Source: Gemmatimonadales bacterium | Lineage (GTDB): Bacteria; Gemmatimonadota; Gemmatimonadetes; Gemmatimonadales; GWC2-71-9 | DNA length: 64,000 bases | Reading direction: 5' to 3' | NCBI GenBank assembly: GCA_035602245.1 | Contig: DATNMO010000029.1 | Coordinates: forward strand, 3,965 to 67,964 | Part shown: one piece after another, positions 25,853 through 35,053 of the stretch | Layout of the letters: every line of letters begins with the position of its first letter | Numbering within the stretch: position 1 is the stretch's first letter | Notes under the pieces: model-generated | What the model saw: the letters and a program-made list of their open reading frames with translations, nothing else | Databases searched by the model: none | Told to the model about the DNA's origin: nothing | Translations under genes and position numbers: made by a program

Positions 25853-28832
25853 CGGCGACGACGCGCGCCAGGTAGGTGACGGCGGGCTTCGTATTGAGGC
25901 CGGCCAGCACGTGGTAGCCGCGCGGGTTCCCGGCCAGGCGGTAGACCTCGGAGCGGCGGTCGTTCAGGTCGCCGAAGACGATCGCCTCCGACGGACACGA
26001 CTGCGCGCACGCGGGCACGATGTCGCCGTCGCGCACATTGCGGTCCTGGATCCGCGCCTGGTTCTGCGCCCCGCGGATCCGCTGCACGCAGAACGTGCAC
26101 TTCTCCATCACGCCCTTCTCGCGCACCGTCACGTCGGGGTTGAGCAGCATCGACAGCGGCTCCGGCCACGCCTCCCACTCCCCGCCGCGCTCCGCGTAGT
26201 TGTACCAGTTGAAGTAGCGGACCTTGTAGGGGCAGTTGTTGGAGCAGTAGCGCGTGCCGACACAGCGGTTGTAGACCTGACCGTTCAGGCCATCGGGCGT
26301 GTGGTAGGCCGCATACACCGGACACACCGGCTCGCACGGCGCGTTGCCGCACTGCTGGCACATCATCGGCGAGTTGACGGCGCCCTGCGGCTGGCCGTGC
26401 TCGTCGGTGAGCCAGTAGCGCTCGATGCGGATCCACGACATTTCGCGGCCGCGCTGCATCAGGTCCTCGCCCACCGTCGCGAGGTTATTCTCGGCGTAGC
26501 AGGCGGTGACACAGGCCGAGCAGCCGGTGCATTTCGAGAGGTCTACGGCAAGCCCCCACCGGGGCTGCTCACCGCGGTAATCCCCGAGCTCCGCTTTTTC
26601 GTGTTGCCGTTCGGCCCACCACTCGACCGCTTCGGCCGCGTACTCCGGCGTCTCCGGATGGTGGAACGGGGCATCGCCCGCCCGGAGCGACTTGGCCCGC
26701 GCGACGCTGAGCACCTCCACGGTGCCTTTGCCGCGTTCGCGGGGGCTGCCCTCGGTCGTCACGATCGTGCGATGGTCGCCAGTCTTGGTCGCCGTGGCGC
26801 GGACGGCGAAGTTGCGGCCGCCGTAGCCGTTCGCCTCCGCGCCCAGCAGCTCGAAGGCATTCGCGGACCGGTCCTTGGCGTAGCGGCCGTAAGCCGAGTG
26901 CCCCTGCCCTGTGGGGACCGCAAGAACGTCCGGCCGCACCGAGTGGGTGATCCAGGCCGGGAATTTCTGCGCGCCGAACGGCGACTTCAGCAATAGAAAG
27001 TCGCCCGTCGCCACGCCCCACTTGGCCGCCGTGTCGGGATGCACCTCCACCCAACTATGCCAAGCGATCTTCGAGACCGGGTCGGGGAGCTCCTGCAGCC
27101 ACGGTTTGTTGGCGCCGCGGCCGTCATGGAGCACGGGATGGGGGAAGACGACGACCGTTTGCTCGGTCTCACCCCCCGGAGTGACAGGCGAGAGCGCAGG
27201 GTCGATTCCGGCGGCGGTGTCCGCAAGGCGCACGGCGCGCGTCGGCGCGGCGCCATACCGCCCGCCATACTGAACCGCTTCCATCCAGAACTGCTCGAAG
27301 CTCTTCCCCGTACCGAGGCGCCGATGCAGCTCGCGCCACTTGGCCTGGACGTAGTCCTGGAACGTTCCCACGCGGCCCGCGAGGCCGAGCACCACGTCGC
27401 CTGTGGGGCGCGTGTCGAACACCGGCTGTACCACCGGCTGCTGGAGGGCATACACGCCCGCGCGGGGCCGGCTGTCTCCCCACTGCTCGAGCGGGTGGTG
27501 ATCGGGCAAGATCAGGTCGCAGGCGGCCGCGGTTTCGTCCATGTAGGACGAGAAGCTCACCTTGAATGCGACTTTGCCGAGCGCCTGCTGGAACGCTCCG
27601 GGAAGTGAGTGCGCCGGGTTCGCACCGTGCACCAGCAACAGCGCAACGCTGCCCGCCGCCATGTCGGTGGTGAGCTTCGCCAGGTCGCCAAACGTGCCCG
27701 CCTCGCCGATTGCCAGATCGGCGCCGAACCGCACCAGCGTGCCGACGCCCCCGACCACGTAGTTGAGAATATTGACGGCGGCGACGATCTCGGCGCCGTT
27801 CGGGTATTGGGCCGCCATGCCGCCGGCGACGGCGAGCCCGCCTTTGGCGTTGGCGAACTCCTTCGCCAAACGCACGATCGCTGCTTGCTCCACACCGATC
27901 GCGGCGGCGACGGCACGCGGCGTGTGGCGCCCCAGCAGGGCCGCCAGGCGTCCGACGTCGGCCGGGACGGGCGCGAGGCGTTGGCTGACGATCACCTGCG
28001 CGAGGGCCAGCGCGAGCGTCCCCTCGGTACCGGGCAGTGTGGCGACCCACTCGTCGGCGTTCATGCCGGTGAGTGACATCCGCGGGCCCACGTACACGAA
28101 TTTCGCCATCGACGCGGGCCGGCCTGCGTCGAATCCGTGGGCGCGTGCGAAGCCGTTCTGGAACTCGACCGGCGACAGCCAGGTGTCGAGGAGATCGGCG
28201 CCGAACGACAGCACGTACTTTGCGTTGGCGAAGTCGTAGGATGGTACCGCCGCCGTCCCAAAGGCGAGACGGTTCCCGGCACGCAACGCTTCGAAGCCGA
28301 ACGGCTCGTAGCTCAGGCGGCGGCCGCCCACCTGCTTCATCCACTCGTCCACCAGATCGCCGAACGACGACGCCTCGGCGCCGCTGAGAAAGACGATGCC
28401 CTTCCCCCGTGCCTCACGGACTTTCGCCCCGAGCCGCTGGATCGCGCCTTGCCAGTCCATCGCCTCGAAGGCGCCGCTCGCGTTGCGCACCATCGGATTC
28501 GTAATCCGGTCGGGATTGTACAGCCCCTGGATTGCCGCCTGCCCGCGCGCGCACAGGCGGCCGCGGTTGATCGGCGACTCGGGGTTGCCTTCGAGCTTGA
28601 CGGCGCGCCCTTCGCGCACGCGCACCTGGATCCCGCAGCCGGCGGCGCACTCGCGGCAGGTCGACGCGTAGTACGTGGCAATGCCGGGGATCTGATCCTC
28701 AGGCTGGATCAGATAGGGGATCAGCTTTTCCGTGGGCTCGGGGCCGATGCCACAAGCGGAAAGGGCCGCGGCGCCGACGCTCGTGACGCCGAGAACTTTG
28801 AGGAACCGTCTGCGATCGATCGCGTCGCTCAT
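25845..28832 (-). CDS. actB: Alternative complex III subunit ActB (molybdopterin-oxidoreductase-like domain fused to a 4Fe-4S ferredoxin domain)
   Basis: The Tat signal is DRRRFLKVLGVTSVGAAALSAC. An MopB-like N-terminal two-thirds is followed by cluster motifs CTGCSACVTAC, CQQCGNAPCEPVC, CSNNCPYK and CAQSCPSEA. Confidence 0.9.
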   Translation of the reverse strand: MSDAIDRRRFLKVLGVTSVGAAALSACGIGPEPTEKLIPYLIQPEDQIPGIATYYASTCRECAAGCGIQVRVREGRAVKLEGNPESPINRGRLCARGQAAIQGLYNPDRITNPMVRNASGAFEAMDWQGAIQRLGAKVREARGKGIVFLSGAEASSFGDLVDEWMKQVGGRRLSYEPFGFEALRAGNRLAFGTAAVPSYDFANAKYVLSFGADLLDTWLSPVEFQNGFARAHGFDAGRPASMAKFVYVGPRMSLTGMNADEWVATLPGTEGTLALALAQVIVSQRLAPVPADVGRLAALLGRHTPRAVAAAIGVEQAAIVRLAKEFANAKGGLAVAGGMAAQYPNGAEIVAAVNILNYVVGGVGTLVRFGADLAIGEAGTFGDLAKLTTDMAAGSVALLLVHGANPAHSLPGAFQQALGKVAFKVSFSSYMDETAAACDLILPDHHPLEQWGDSRPRAGVYALQQPVVQPVFDTRPTGDVVLGLAGRVGTFQDYVQAKWRELHRRLGTGKSFEQFWMEAVQYGGRYGAAPTRAVRLADTAAGIDPALSPVTPGGETEQTVVVFPHPVLHDGRGANKPWLQELPDPVSKIAWHSWVEVHPDTAAKWGVATGDFLLLKSPFGAQKFPAWITHSVRPDVLAVPTGQGHSAYGRYAKDRSANAFELLGAEANGYGGRNFAVRATATKTGDHRTIVTTEGSPRERGKGTVEVLSVARAKSLRAGDAPFHHPETPEYAAEAVEWWAERQHEKAELGDYRGEQPRWGLAVDLSKCTGCSACVTACYAENNLATVGEDLMQRGREMSWIRIERYWLTDEHGQPQGAVNSPMMCQQCGNAPCEPVCPVYAAYHTPDGLNGQVYNRCVGTRYCSNNCPYKVRYFNWYNYAERGGEWEAWPEPLSMLLNPDVTVREKGVMEKCTFCVQRIRGAQNQARIQDRNVRDGDIVPACAQSCPSEAIVFGDLNDRRSEVYRLAGNPRGYHVLAGLNTKPAVTYLARVVADG

Positions 28833-28848
28833 CGCTGTCCCGCTCCGT

Positions 28849-29493
28849 CTAGTAGTGACACACGGTGCAGTCGCGGCTCACCTTGTTCTCCACATGGCAG
28901 CGCACGCACCACCCCATGCGCAGCGTCGAGACCTGGTACACCTGCGGCATTCGCTGGACGTCACCGTGGCACTTCGTGCACGCCTGCGTCCCCAGCGCCT
29001 TGATGTGGCGTTGGTGCGGGAAACGCACGAAGCCGGGGAGCGCGTGGATGCGCGTCCATTCCGGCGGCTTCTTCTCCCGCCACGCATCGCGGACCTTCGT
29101 GATCTCGGCTTGGTGCGACGGCGTCGAGCCGCCGATCAGCTGATGGCAACCAAAACACGTCTGCAGCGAGGGGATGCCCGGCTCACTCGCCACCGCGGCC
29201 GAGTAATGGCAATACATGCACGGGATCTGGTCTTGGCCGGCGTGAATGTCGTGGCGGAAGAAGATCGGCTGGCGGGGACCCTCGAGATCGCCGGTGTCGC
29301 TGACGACCGGCGCCTGGTAGCGACCCGCAGGAGTCTGGGCCGCCAAGGGGAAGGCGAGAACCAGCGACACCACGACCGCAGCTGAACGCAGATGGCCTCG
29401 ATGACGAAGCAGTGGTTCGGTTCGGTGTGGCCCAACAACGACGCGCAGGCCCCCGAATTTATCCTGGCCGGGGAACGGCGCACAAGACGTCAT
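28849..29493 (-). CDS. actA: Alternative complex III subunit ActA (pentahaem cytochrome c)
   Basis: There are five CxxCH motifs (CMYCH, CFGCH, CTKCH, CVRCH, CTVCH). The hydrophobic anchor is AAVVVSLVLAFPLAAQ. The only ATG is at 29493, directly after the upstream stop, so the start is uncertain. Confidence 0.8.
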   Translation of the reverse strand: MTSCAPFPGQDKFGGLRVVVGPHRTEPLLRHRGHLRSAAVVVSLVLAFPLAAQTPAGRYQAPVVSDTGDLEGPRQPIFFRHDIHAGQDQIPCMYCHYSAAVASEPGIPSLQTCFGCHQLIGGSTPSHQAEITKVRDAWREKKPPEWTRIHALPGFVRFPHQRHIKALGTQACTKCHGDVQRMPQVYQVSTLRMGWCVRCHVENKVSRDCTVCHY

Positions 29494-29951
29494 TCCGGGC
29501 GCGCCAGCAGTTGATACTTCAGCCGGACGACGTCCACGAACGCTGCGACGGCGTCGAGATCGGCAAACTCCATCCAGCAGTGGCGCACGCCTTCGAACCG
29601 GACGCCATCGCGCACGGCCTGCTTGATCGTGCGGGGCAAGCCGTTCGTCGCGCCGATTTCCTGCTCCTCCATCTCGGACAACACAAACGTGCCGCTCACC
29701 CCCGACTCCATCGGATGGAGGTAACCGAGCTTGCGTCCCCCGACCTCGTACATCCAGACCCATTTCCACGTGGTGCCGAGGTAGACGACCTGCTCCGTCA
29801 CATGCCGCAAGCTGCGCAATTCTTCACGGGCTTTCTTGAATCGTTGCGCGGCGCGCGGGGGAAGGTCGCGGACCGGCTGGTCGGCCTTGGGCCGCTGACG
29901 CGGGCTCAGATAGAGATGGGTGGCCCAGTACCCGGCGGGGGGTTTGGTCAT
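29490..29951 (-). CDS. Hypothetical cytoplasmic protein immediately upstream of actA
   Basis: This 153-aa ORF has no motif I recognise. Its amino-acid composition looks plausible. Its stop abuts the actA ATG. Confidence 0.45.
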   Translation of the reverse strand: MTKPPAGYWATHLYLSPRQRPKADQPVRDLPPRAAQRFKKAREELRSLRHVTEQVVYLGTTWKWVWMYEVGGRKLGYLHPMESGVSGTFVLSEMEEQEIGATNGLPRTIKQAVRDGVRFEGVRHCWMEFADLDAVAAFVDVVRLKYQLLARPE

Positions 29952-29975
29952 CGCGCCCCAATACTACAGGCGCGG

Positions 29976-31115
29976 TCAAGACCCCACGAGCCGGGCGGCG
30001 GCTCGGAATCGCCCAGGATCCAGCAGGCGCCCGCAAGACTGTTGCGGGACCGCCATGCGGCCGTCCTTCCCCATCGCCAGTTTGATGACGTCGCCGTTGC
30101 GGCCGTACCAGCGCGTCGAGGGCTCGAGGTCGGACGGGTACACGAAACGCGGTAGGGCCGCCGCGGCCAGCGCTGCCTGCGAGCCGATCCCCGATTCCGG
30201 CATCGTCCCGGCCCACAGCTGGGCTCCGTACTCCTCCGCCAAGCGGTAGATGCGGCACACTTCGCTCAGCCCGCCGACCCGCTGGACCTTGATGTTCCAG
30301 ACCTTGGGGCCGTCGAGCGCCATGATCTGCCGCGCGGCGCGCGCGTCGCGCAGCGTCTCGTCGAGACACACGGGCGTGCGCAGCGTGTGCGCGAGCCGGG
30401 CGTGGCCGACCAGCTCATCGGGGGCGAGCGGCTGCTCAATGTAGAGGAGGCCTGCGTCGTCGAGGCCACGGAGCGCCGCCTCGTCGCGGGGCCACTCATA
30501 GGCGCCGTTCGCATCCACCGTCAGCGGCAACGCCGTGCCCATTCCCGCCCGTGCCGCCGCGACCGCCGCCGCATCCCAGCCGGGCGCGACCTTGATCTTG
30601 ACGCGACGGTAGCCGCGCCGCACCGCCTCGTACACCCATTTGGTGAGCACCTCGGCCCGGTGATCCGGCGGGATGCCGAGCGCGACGCCGCAGTCCACCG
30701 CGCCGGCCAGGGTGGTCCCTAGGCGTTCGCCGAGGAGCGCCGCCAAGCCCACCCCGCGGGCGTGCGCCTCGAGATCCCACGCGGCAGTCTCGACGCCGGC
30801 GCGCGCGAACCAATTGCCGCGCACGCCGTCGCGCAAGACGCCATCTATCGCCTCGGGCGAATCGAACTCCTGCCCGACGACGCGCGGCAGCAATACCCGC
30901 TGGATCAAGTCGCGGGCGCCCGCCAGTGTTTCCTCGGAGTAGAACGGCAACTGAAACGGCGGCGACTCACCGTAGCCCACGTGGCCGGCGTCGTCGTGCA
31001 GCACGACGATGAGCGAACGGCGTTCCGCGATGGTGCCGCCCGAGATGACGAACGGCTCGATCAGCGGGAGGGCCAGCTCGTACAACTCAGCGCGAGCGAT
31101 CCGCATCGCGGGCAA
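29976..31115 (-). CDS. Enolase-superfamily enzyme, MLE subgroup (o-succinylbenzoate synthase / N-acylamino-acid racemase / dipeptide epimerase-like)
   Basis: The KxK motif is RRVKIKVAPG. The metal ligands lie in LTVDANGAY, LYIEQPL and VCLDETL. The second catalytic Lys is in VWNIKVQRVGG. Confidence 0.8.
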   Translation of the reverse strand: MPAMRIARAELYELALPLIEPFVISGGTIAERRSLIVVLHDDAGHVGYGESPPFQLPFYSEETLAGARDLIQRVLLPRVVGQEFDSPEAIDGVLRDGVRGNWFARAGVETAAWDLEAHARGVGLAALLGERLGTTLAGAVDCGVALGIPPDHRAEVLTKWVYEAVRRGYRRVKIKVAPGWDAAAVAAARAGMGTALPLTVDANGAYEWPRDEAALRGLDDAGLLYIEQPLAPDELVGHARLAHTLRTPVCLDETLRDARAARQIMALDGPKVWNIKVQRVGGLSEVCRIYRLAEEYGAQLWAGTMPESGIGSQAALAAAALPRFVYPSDLEPSTRWYGRNGDVIKLAMGKDGRMAVPQQSCGRLLDPGRFRAAARLVGS

Positions 31116-32199
31116 TGTCGAGAAAATGCAGCTCGCCTTCCCGGCGCTCCAGCGCGCCGCGGCCTTCGAGATCCAGCATCGTGGCGATCAGGCCGTGCTC
31201 AGGATGGAAAACGAGCTGGTGCAGCGCGCGCGCGGTGCGGGAGCCGTGCGTCGCGGAATACTCCTCGAGAGGGAGTTGAAAGAAGGTGTGGAGTTGGACG
31301 CTCGTGCAGCCGCGGCGGGCGTAGTCGACGATCATTCGGCCGGAGCAGATGTTGCCAGTGCCGGAGAGCTCTGGGAGCCCCGGGGTCAGCCGAGCAAGGA
31401 CCCGCAGGTTGCGATCACTCAGGTCGGGCCCGCCGTACGCCACCATTTGCTCTGGATCGAACAACCGATTGAAGACGACAAGCGCGTCCGCGCTCCCCGC
31501 TGCCGTCACCATCTCCAGCTGAAAAGCGTCGTCGAAACGAGCGTTCATCACCTTCACGGCGAGCCGCACCGGAGCGTGAGCCCGGATGCGCTCAGGCACC
31601 TCCCGCAGCCAGCGCAGGATCTGGGTCTTCTCGTCGGCCAGCGGATCCCCGGCGAGCGTAGGCGAGAAGTCCTTCTCGAGAAGTAGCGGAGGCTCGCCCC
31701 ATGCATCTGCGAGCCCTCGCGTAGTGAACGCGTACTCGGCATCCCGAAACGCCTCATCCAGCCGCGGCAGGTGATACTTCACCGACGGCACCGCGAGCAG
31801 CCGTGCCGCGCGGGTGAGATCGCGCGCCACGCGTACCAGGGCCAGGTAGTCCTCGAACGAGCGATCCCACCCCCTGCCCTTCCACGTCACCGTCCACCCC
31901 TCTCCGCGCCGCTCGACCTTCATTTTGGTTTCATGAATCGCCCACGCGGCCATCGATTGCGCGCCCGCCGCGTCCTGGGCGATGACGGTTTTCAGCACCG
32001 CGAATGCGAGACCGGCCTCCGCGTCAGTCTCGAGCTGACCCGCGTTGAGCGACAGCTGGCCAGATCCTTTGCCGATCGGATGCGGGATCGTCTCGCCGAG
32101 GTAACGCCCGGACAGGTCGATACGGTAGGTATCGCGCACGTGAGCTGGAAAATCGCGGGGTAGCTCCCGCTTGAACCGCTCGAAGTCTCTAGTGAGCAA
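31087..32199 (-). CDS. Dihydroorotate/dihydropyrimidine dehydrogenase-like TIM-barrel oxidoreductase
   Basis: IPHPIGKGSGQLS...FAVLKTVIAQD resembles the DHOD-like fold. There is no in-frame ATG near the 5' end, so I chose the TTG at 32199, which overlaps the upstream gene by 11 nt. Confidence 0.45.
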   Translation of the reverse strand: MLTRDFERFKRELPRDFPAHVRDTYRIDLSGRYLGETIPHPIGKGSGQLSLNAGQLETDAEAGLAFAVLKTVIAQDAAGAQSMAAWAIHETKMKVERRGEGWTVTWKGRGWDRSFEDYLALVRVARDLTRAARLLAVPSVKYHLPRLDEAFRDAEYAFTTRGLADAWGEPPLLLEKDFSPTLAGDPLADEKTQILRWLREVPERIRAHAPVRLAVKVMNARFDDAFQLEMVTAAGSADALVVFNRLFDPEQMVAYGGPDLSDRNLRVLARLTPGLPELSGTGNICSGRMIVDYARRGCTSVQLHTFFQLPLEEYSATHGSRTARALHQLVFHPEHGLIATMLDLEGRGALERREGELHFLDIARDADRSR

Positions 32200-33388
32200 A
32201 GCGGGAGAGCCGGAATTGCGGGTCCGGTGCCTCCCCGGTGAGTACCAGCCGAGCGACGAGCTCCCCCACCGCGGGGCCGTGCTTGAAGCCGTGCCCTGAG
32301 CCCCCGCCCACCAGCCACGTATTCGCCGCCGCCGGGTGCCGGTCGATGATGAAATGTTCGTCCGGTGACCCTTCGTACTGGCAGACGCGCGATTCCAACA
32401 GTGGAGCACCCTTCAATCCAGGAAAGCGGTACGCGAGGTAGTCGCGGGCAGTCTGTAGGCCCTCCGGGCTGGGAGTTCTCTCACCGTTCGTGGGATCGAA
32501 CACGGGCCCGCGGGTGTCGTCCGCAACCTTGAAGCCCCGCCACTCGTTGCCGGGAATACCGTACATGAAACGCGTGCCATGATCCGCCCAGACGGGCAGC
32601 GCCTCCTCCGTGAAGCGCCGGTCGCCGGGCGGCGCGCCGAAGAAGAACACTTCCTGGCGCGTGGCGCGTACGCGGTCGCCGATCACGTCGGGGAAGAGGG
32701 ACCCAAGCCAGGGGCCGCAGGCGAACACGAACCGGTCGCCCGTGAGGGTCGTGCCGTCGGACAGCGTCACGCTGCGAAGCTCGCCTCCCCGGGGGAGCAG
32801 GTCCGGTTGGACGGCGAGCTGGCGGTACTCGCCTCCCTCCGCGAGGAAGCCCTCGAGCACGGCTGCGCACGCCCGTCGCGCCGTGAGATAGCCGCCATCC
32901 TTCTCGAAGATGGCCCAGCTCAGTCGCTCGCAGTTGATCTGCGGGTAACGCCGCGTGACCTCGGCGGCCGTCAGCTCTTCGAACGTGACCCTCGCGTCCC
33001 GCAATACCGGGAGCGCCGCCTTCTCGTACTGGTCGTCGCTTTCGGCCAGCCACAGCACGCCGATCCCATGGTACAGCTGCCGGTGCCAGCGCCGCTCGTG
33101 CTCTTTCCAAAGGGTGAGCGCACGCGCCGCTAGGCGCGTATAGATCTCGCGGGGGCCATAGGTCGCGCGGATGACCCGCGTCTCGCCGCCCGAGCTCGCG
33201 CGGGAGTTGCCGGGCCCCCAGCCGTCGAGCAACGTGACGCGGGCGCCCCGGCGCCGCAGGTGGAGCGCGGTCCAGCCGCCGAACGCTCCCGCCCCAACCA
33301 CCACCACGTGCGGTTGCTTGCTCATGGGAACCAGGCCTCCGAGCGCGATGGCCGCGCACGATTGGAGAAATGAGCGCCGCTCTAGCAT
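32189..33388 (-). CDS. FAD-dependent oxidoreductase (DAO / sarcosine oxidase-like) with a Tat-type signal
   Basis: The N-terminus is MLERRSFLQSCAAIALGG. The FAD motif is VVVVGAGAFGGWTALHLRRRGARVTLLD. Confidence 0.8.
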   Translation of the reverse strand: MLERRSFLQSCAAIALGGLVPMSKQPHVVVVGAGAFGGWTALHLRRRGARVTLLDGWGPGNSRASSGGETRVIRATYGPREIYTRLAARALTLWKEHERRWHRQLYHGIGVLWLAESDDQYEKAALPVLRDARVTFEELTAAEVTRRYPQINCERLSWAIFEKDGGYLTARRACAAVLEGFLAEGGEYRQLAVQPDLLPRGGELRSVTLSDGTTLTGDRFVFACGPWLGSLFPDVIGDRVRATRQEVFFFGAPPGDRRFTEEALPVWADHGTRFMYGIPGNEWRGFKVADDTRGPVFDPTNGERTPSPEGLQTARDYLAYRFPGLKGAPLLESRVCQYEGSPDEHFIIDRHPAAANTWLVGGGSGHGFKHGPAVGELVARLVLTGEAPDPQFRLSRFAH

Positions 33389-34275
33389 GTGCCACGAGCC
33401 TCGCACACGGCCTGGCGCACGGCCTCCCGGTCGGCCGCCGGGAGTACCGGCCCCCAGGGATCGTCGCACGCTTCGTCCGGGATCACGCCATCCGCGGCAA
33501 GCGCCCAGAGCATGCGGCGAATGTAGCCTTCCATCGGGGGCACGAACGTCGACTGCGCAAAGGCGTCCAACTGCGTGGAGAGGCGTGTAAATGCGTGGGC
33601 GTCGCCGCTCGCGAACGAGCTCACGAGCGCTGCCTGCAAGTCCGTGAGCGCTGCCCCCATACCGATGAGCGCCGCGCGGGCGCCCAGCATGAGCGAGTAG
33701 CCGAGGAACCGGTCTTCGCCCGTGATGAGAAGCTTGTCCGGATGATCGCGCATCACCGCGACGATTCGCTGGAACGTCATCACGGAATCGAGCGTCGCGA
33801 CCTTGATACCGATCACGCCCGGCAGCGAGAGGATCGCGTGCAACGTGACATCGTCATAGGCTACTCCGCCTGCCGCTTCGTACAGGTAGAACGCGATGAC
33901 CGGCAGCTCCTGCGCCAACGCGTCATGATACGCGACCGGATCGTCGCGGTGCGGGAACGCGAGCAGGGCATCGGCCCCTCCCTGCTTCGCGTCGCGCCCC
34001 ATCGCGACCGCATTCGCGCCCGCAATGATCACCTTGTCCGGGAGGGCGGCGCGCCACGCGGCCAGCACGATCCGGCGCTGCTCGGCGGAGAGGTGTGGAC
34101 CTCGTCCCGTGTGAGCCCAGACGGCCACACCGGTGACCAGCTGACGCGCCATCCAGCGCGCATAGTCGCGCTGCGCCGCTTCGTCGATCGTTGAGCCACG
34201 GAACGGCACGGGGACGGCGGGAATCAGTCCCCATTCCAGACGGCGACGGACGGACGCACTGTCGGACGGACGCAC
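33382..34275 (-). CDS. Dihydrodipicolinate synthase (DapA)/N-acetylneuraminate lyase family class I aldolase-like protein
   Basis: GLIPAVPVPF... and IGIKVATLD (Schiff-base Lys context) support the family. The start is either the GTG at 34275 (4 nt after the upstream stop) or the ATG at 34305. Confidence 0.65.
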   Translation of the reverse strand: MRPSDSASVRRRLEWGLIPAVPVPFRGSTIDEAAQRDYARWMARQLVTGVAVWAHTGRGPHLSAEQRRIVLAAWRAALPDKVIIAGANAVAMGRDAKQGGADALLAFPHRDDPVAYHDALAQELPVIAFYLYEAAGGVAYDDVTLHAILSLPGVIGIKVATLDSVMTFQRIVAVMRDHPDKLLITGEDRFLGYSLMLGARAALIGMGAALTDLQAALVSSFASGDAHAFTRLSTQLDAFAQSTFVPPMEGYIRRMLWALAADGVIPDEACDDPWGPVLPAADREAVRQAVCEARGTC

Positions 34276-34279
34276 GGTC

Positions 34280-35053
34280 CTACGACGCCGCGAGGCGACG
34301 GACATTCTCGGACTCGATCGCGTTGCGCCGCTCGGGAGGCAGCTCGAGCAGGTCGAGCTTCGCGATGCTGTTTTCCGGAATCCGCAGCGGCTGCCCCGTC
34401 CCGAAGACGAATCGCTCGATCCCGACTGTCTCGAGCAGCGTCTCGAGATGGTCCTCGGGTGGACCCCAGATCCAGCAGATGTCCCACCAGATGCGCCGGG
34501 CCTCTTCGGGCGTAGAGCCGAAATGCACCTCTTCGACGAAGCCGCGATCGGCATGCGTGACGAGGAGACGCACATCCGCATCGCTGCGGATCAAGGCGCG
34601 GACGGCTGCCGCCGGGAGCTCGGGGACCCGGTCGTTGGGATGACGTTGGCGGCCATCCTCGAGGCGGACCGCGAGCAGCAACGGAATCCGCGCGGCACCG
34701 CAGGCGGCGGCCAATACGCGCATCTCCCCACCGGTGGGGTCGAGCCCCAGGTACAGCGGGTCGCAGCGCACGGCGGGCGCCCCGGCGTTGACCGCGTCCG
34801 CGAGCACCTGCTCCCACTGCGCGAGCGCCGGGTGAACGACCGGGACGGGTTTGAAGCGCCGCTCTGTGCGCGCGGTGTCGAGCAGCCACGCGTTTCCCTC
34901 CGTGGGGTCGCGCCAAAAGAGACTCGGCAAGTGTGAGATCCACGCGATGTCGATGTCGGCCCGATCGAGCGCCTTCGCCAACGCCTCCGGCGACGTGCCG
35001 GGGACTTTGCGCCACGGGTAGGCGCCCAGGAACGCGTTGACGTCAACGCGCAT
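34280..35053 (-). CDS. Amidohydrolase_2-like TIM-barrel protein with a degenerate metal site
   Basis: It begins MRVDVNAFLGAYPW where the upstream paralogue has IDVHAHF. The TGATG junction shares 1 nt with the upstream gene. Confidence 0.6.
   Translation of the reverse strand: MRVDVNAFLGAYPWRKVPGTSPEALAKALDRADIDIAWISHLPSLFWRDPTEGNAWLLDTARTERRFKPVPVVHPALAQWEQVLADAVNAGAPAVRCDPLYLGLDPTGGEMRVLAAACGAARIPLLLAVRLEDGRQRHPNDRVPELPAAAVRALIRSDADVRLLVTHADRGFVEEVHFGSTPEEARRIWWDICWIWGPPEDHLETLLETVGIERFVFGTGQPLRIPENSIAKLDLLELPPERRNAIESENVRRLAAS

Noticed and set aside
20798-28832. A possible functional link between the orphan XdhC (molybdenum-cofactor insertion) gene and the MopB-like ActB of alternative complex III
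   Set aside because: Characterised ActB subunits lack the molybdopterin cofactor. A cupredoxin gene and a probable hairpin (21772..21800) separate xdhC from the act operon. Adjacency alone does not support the link.
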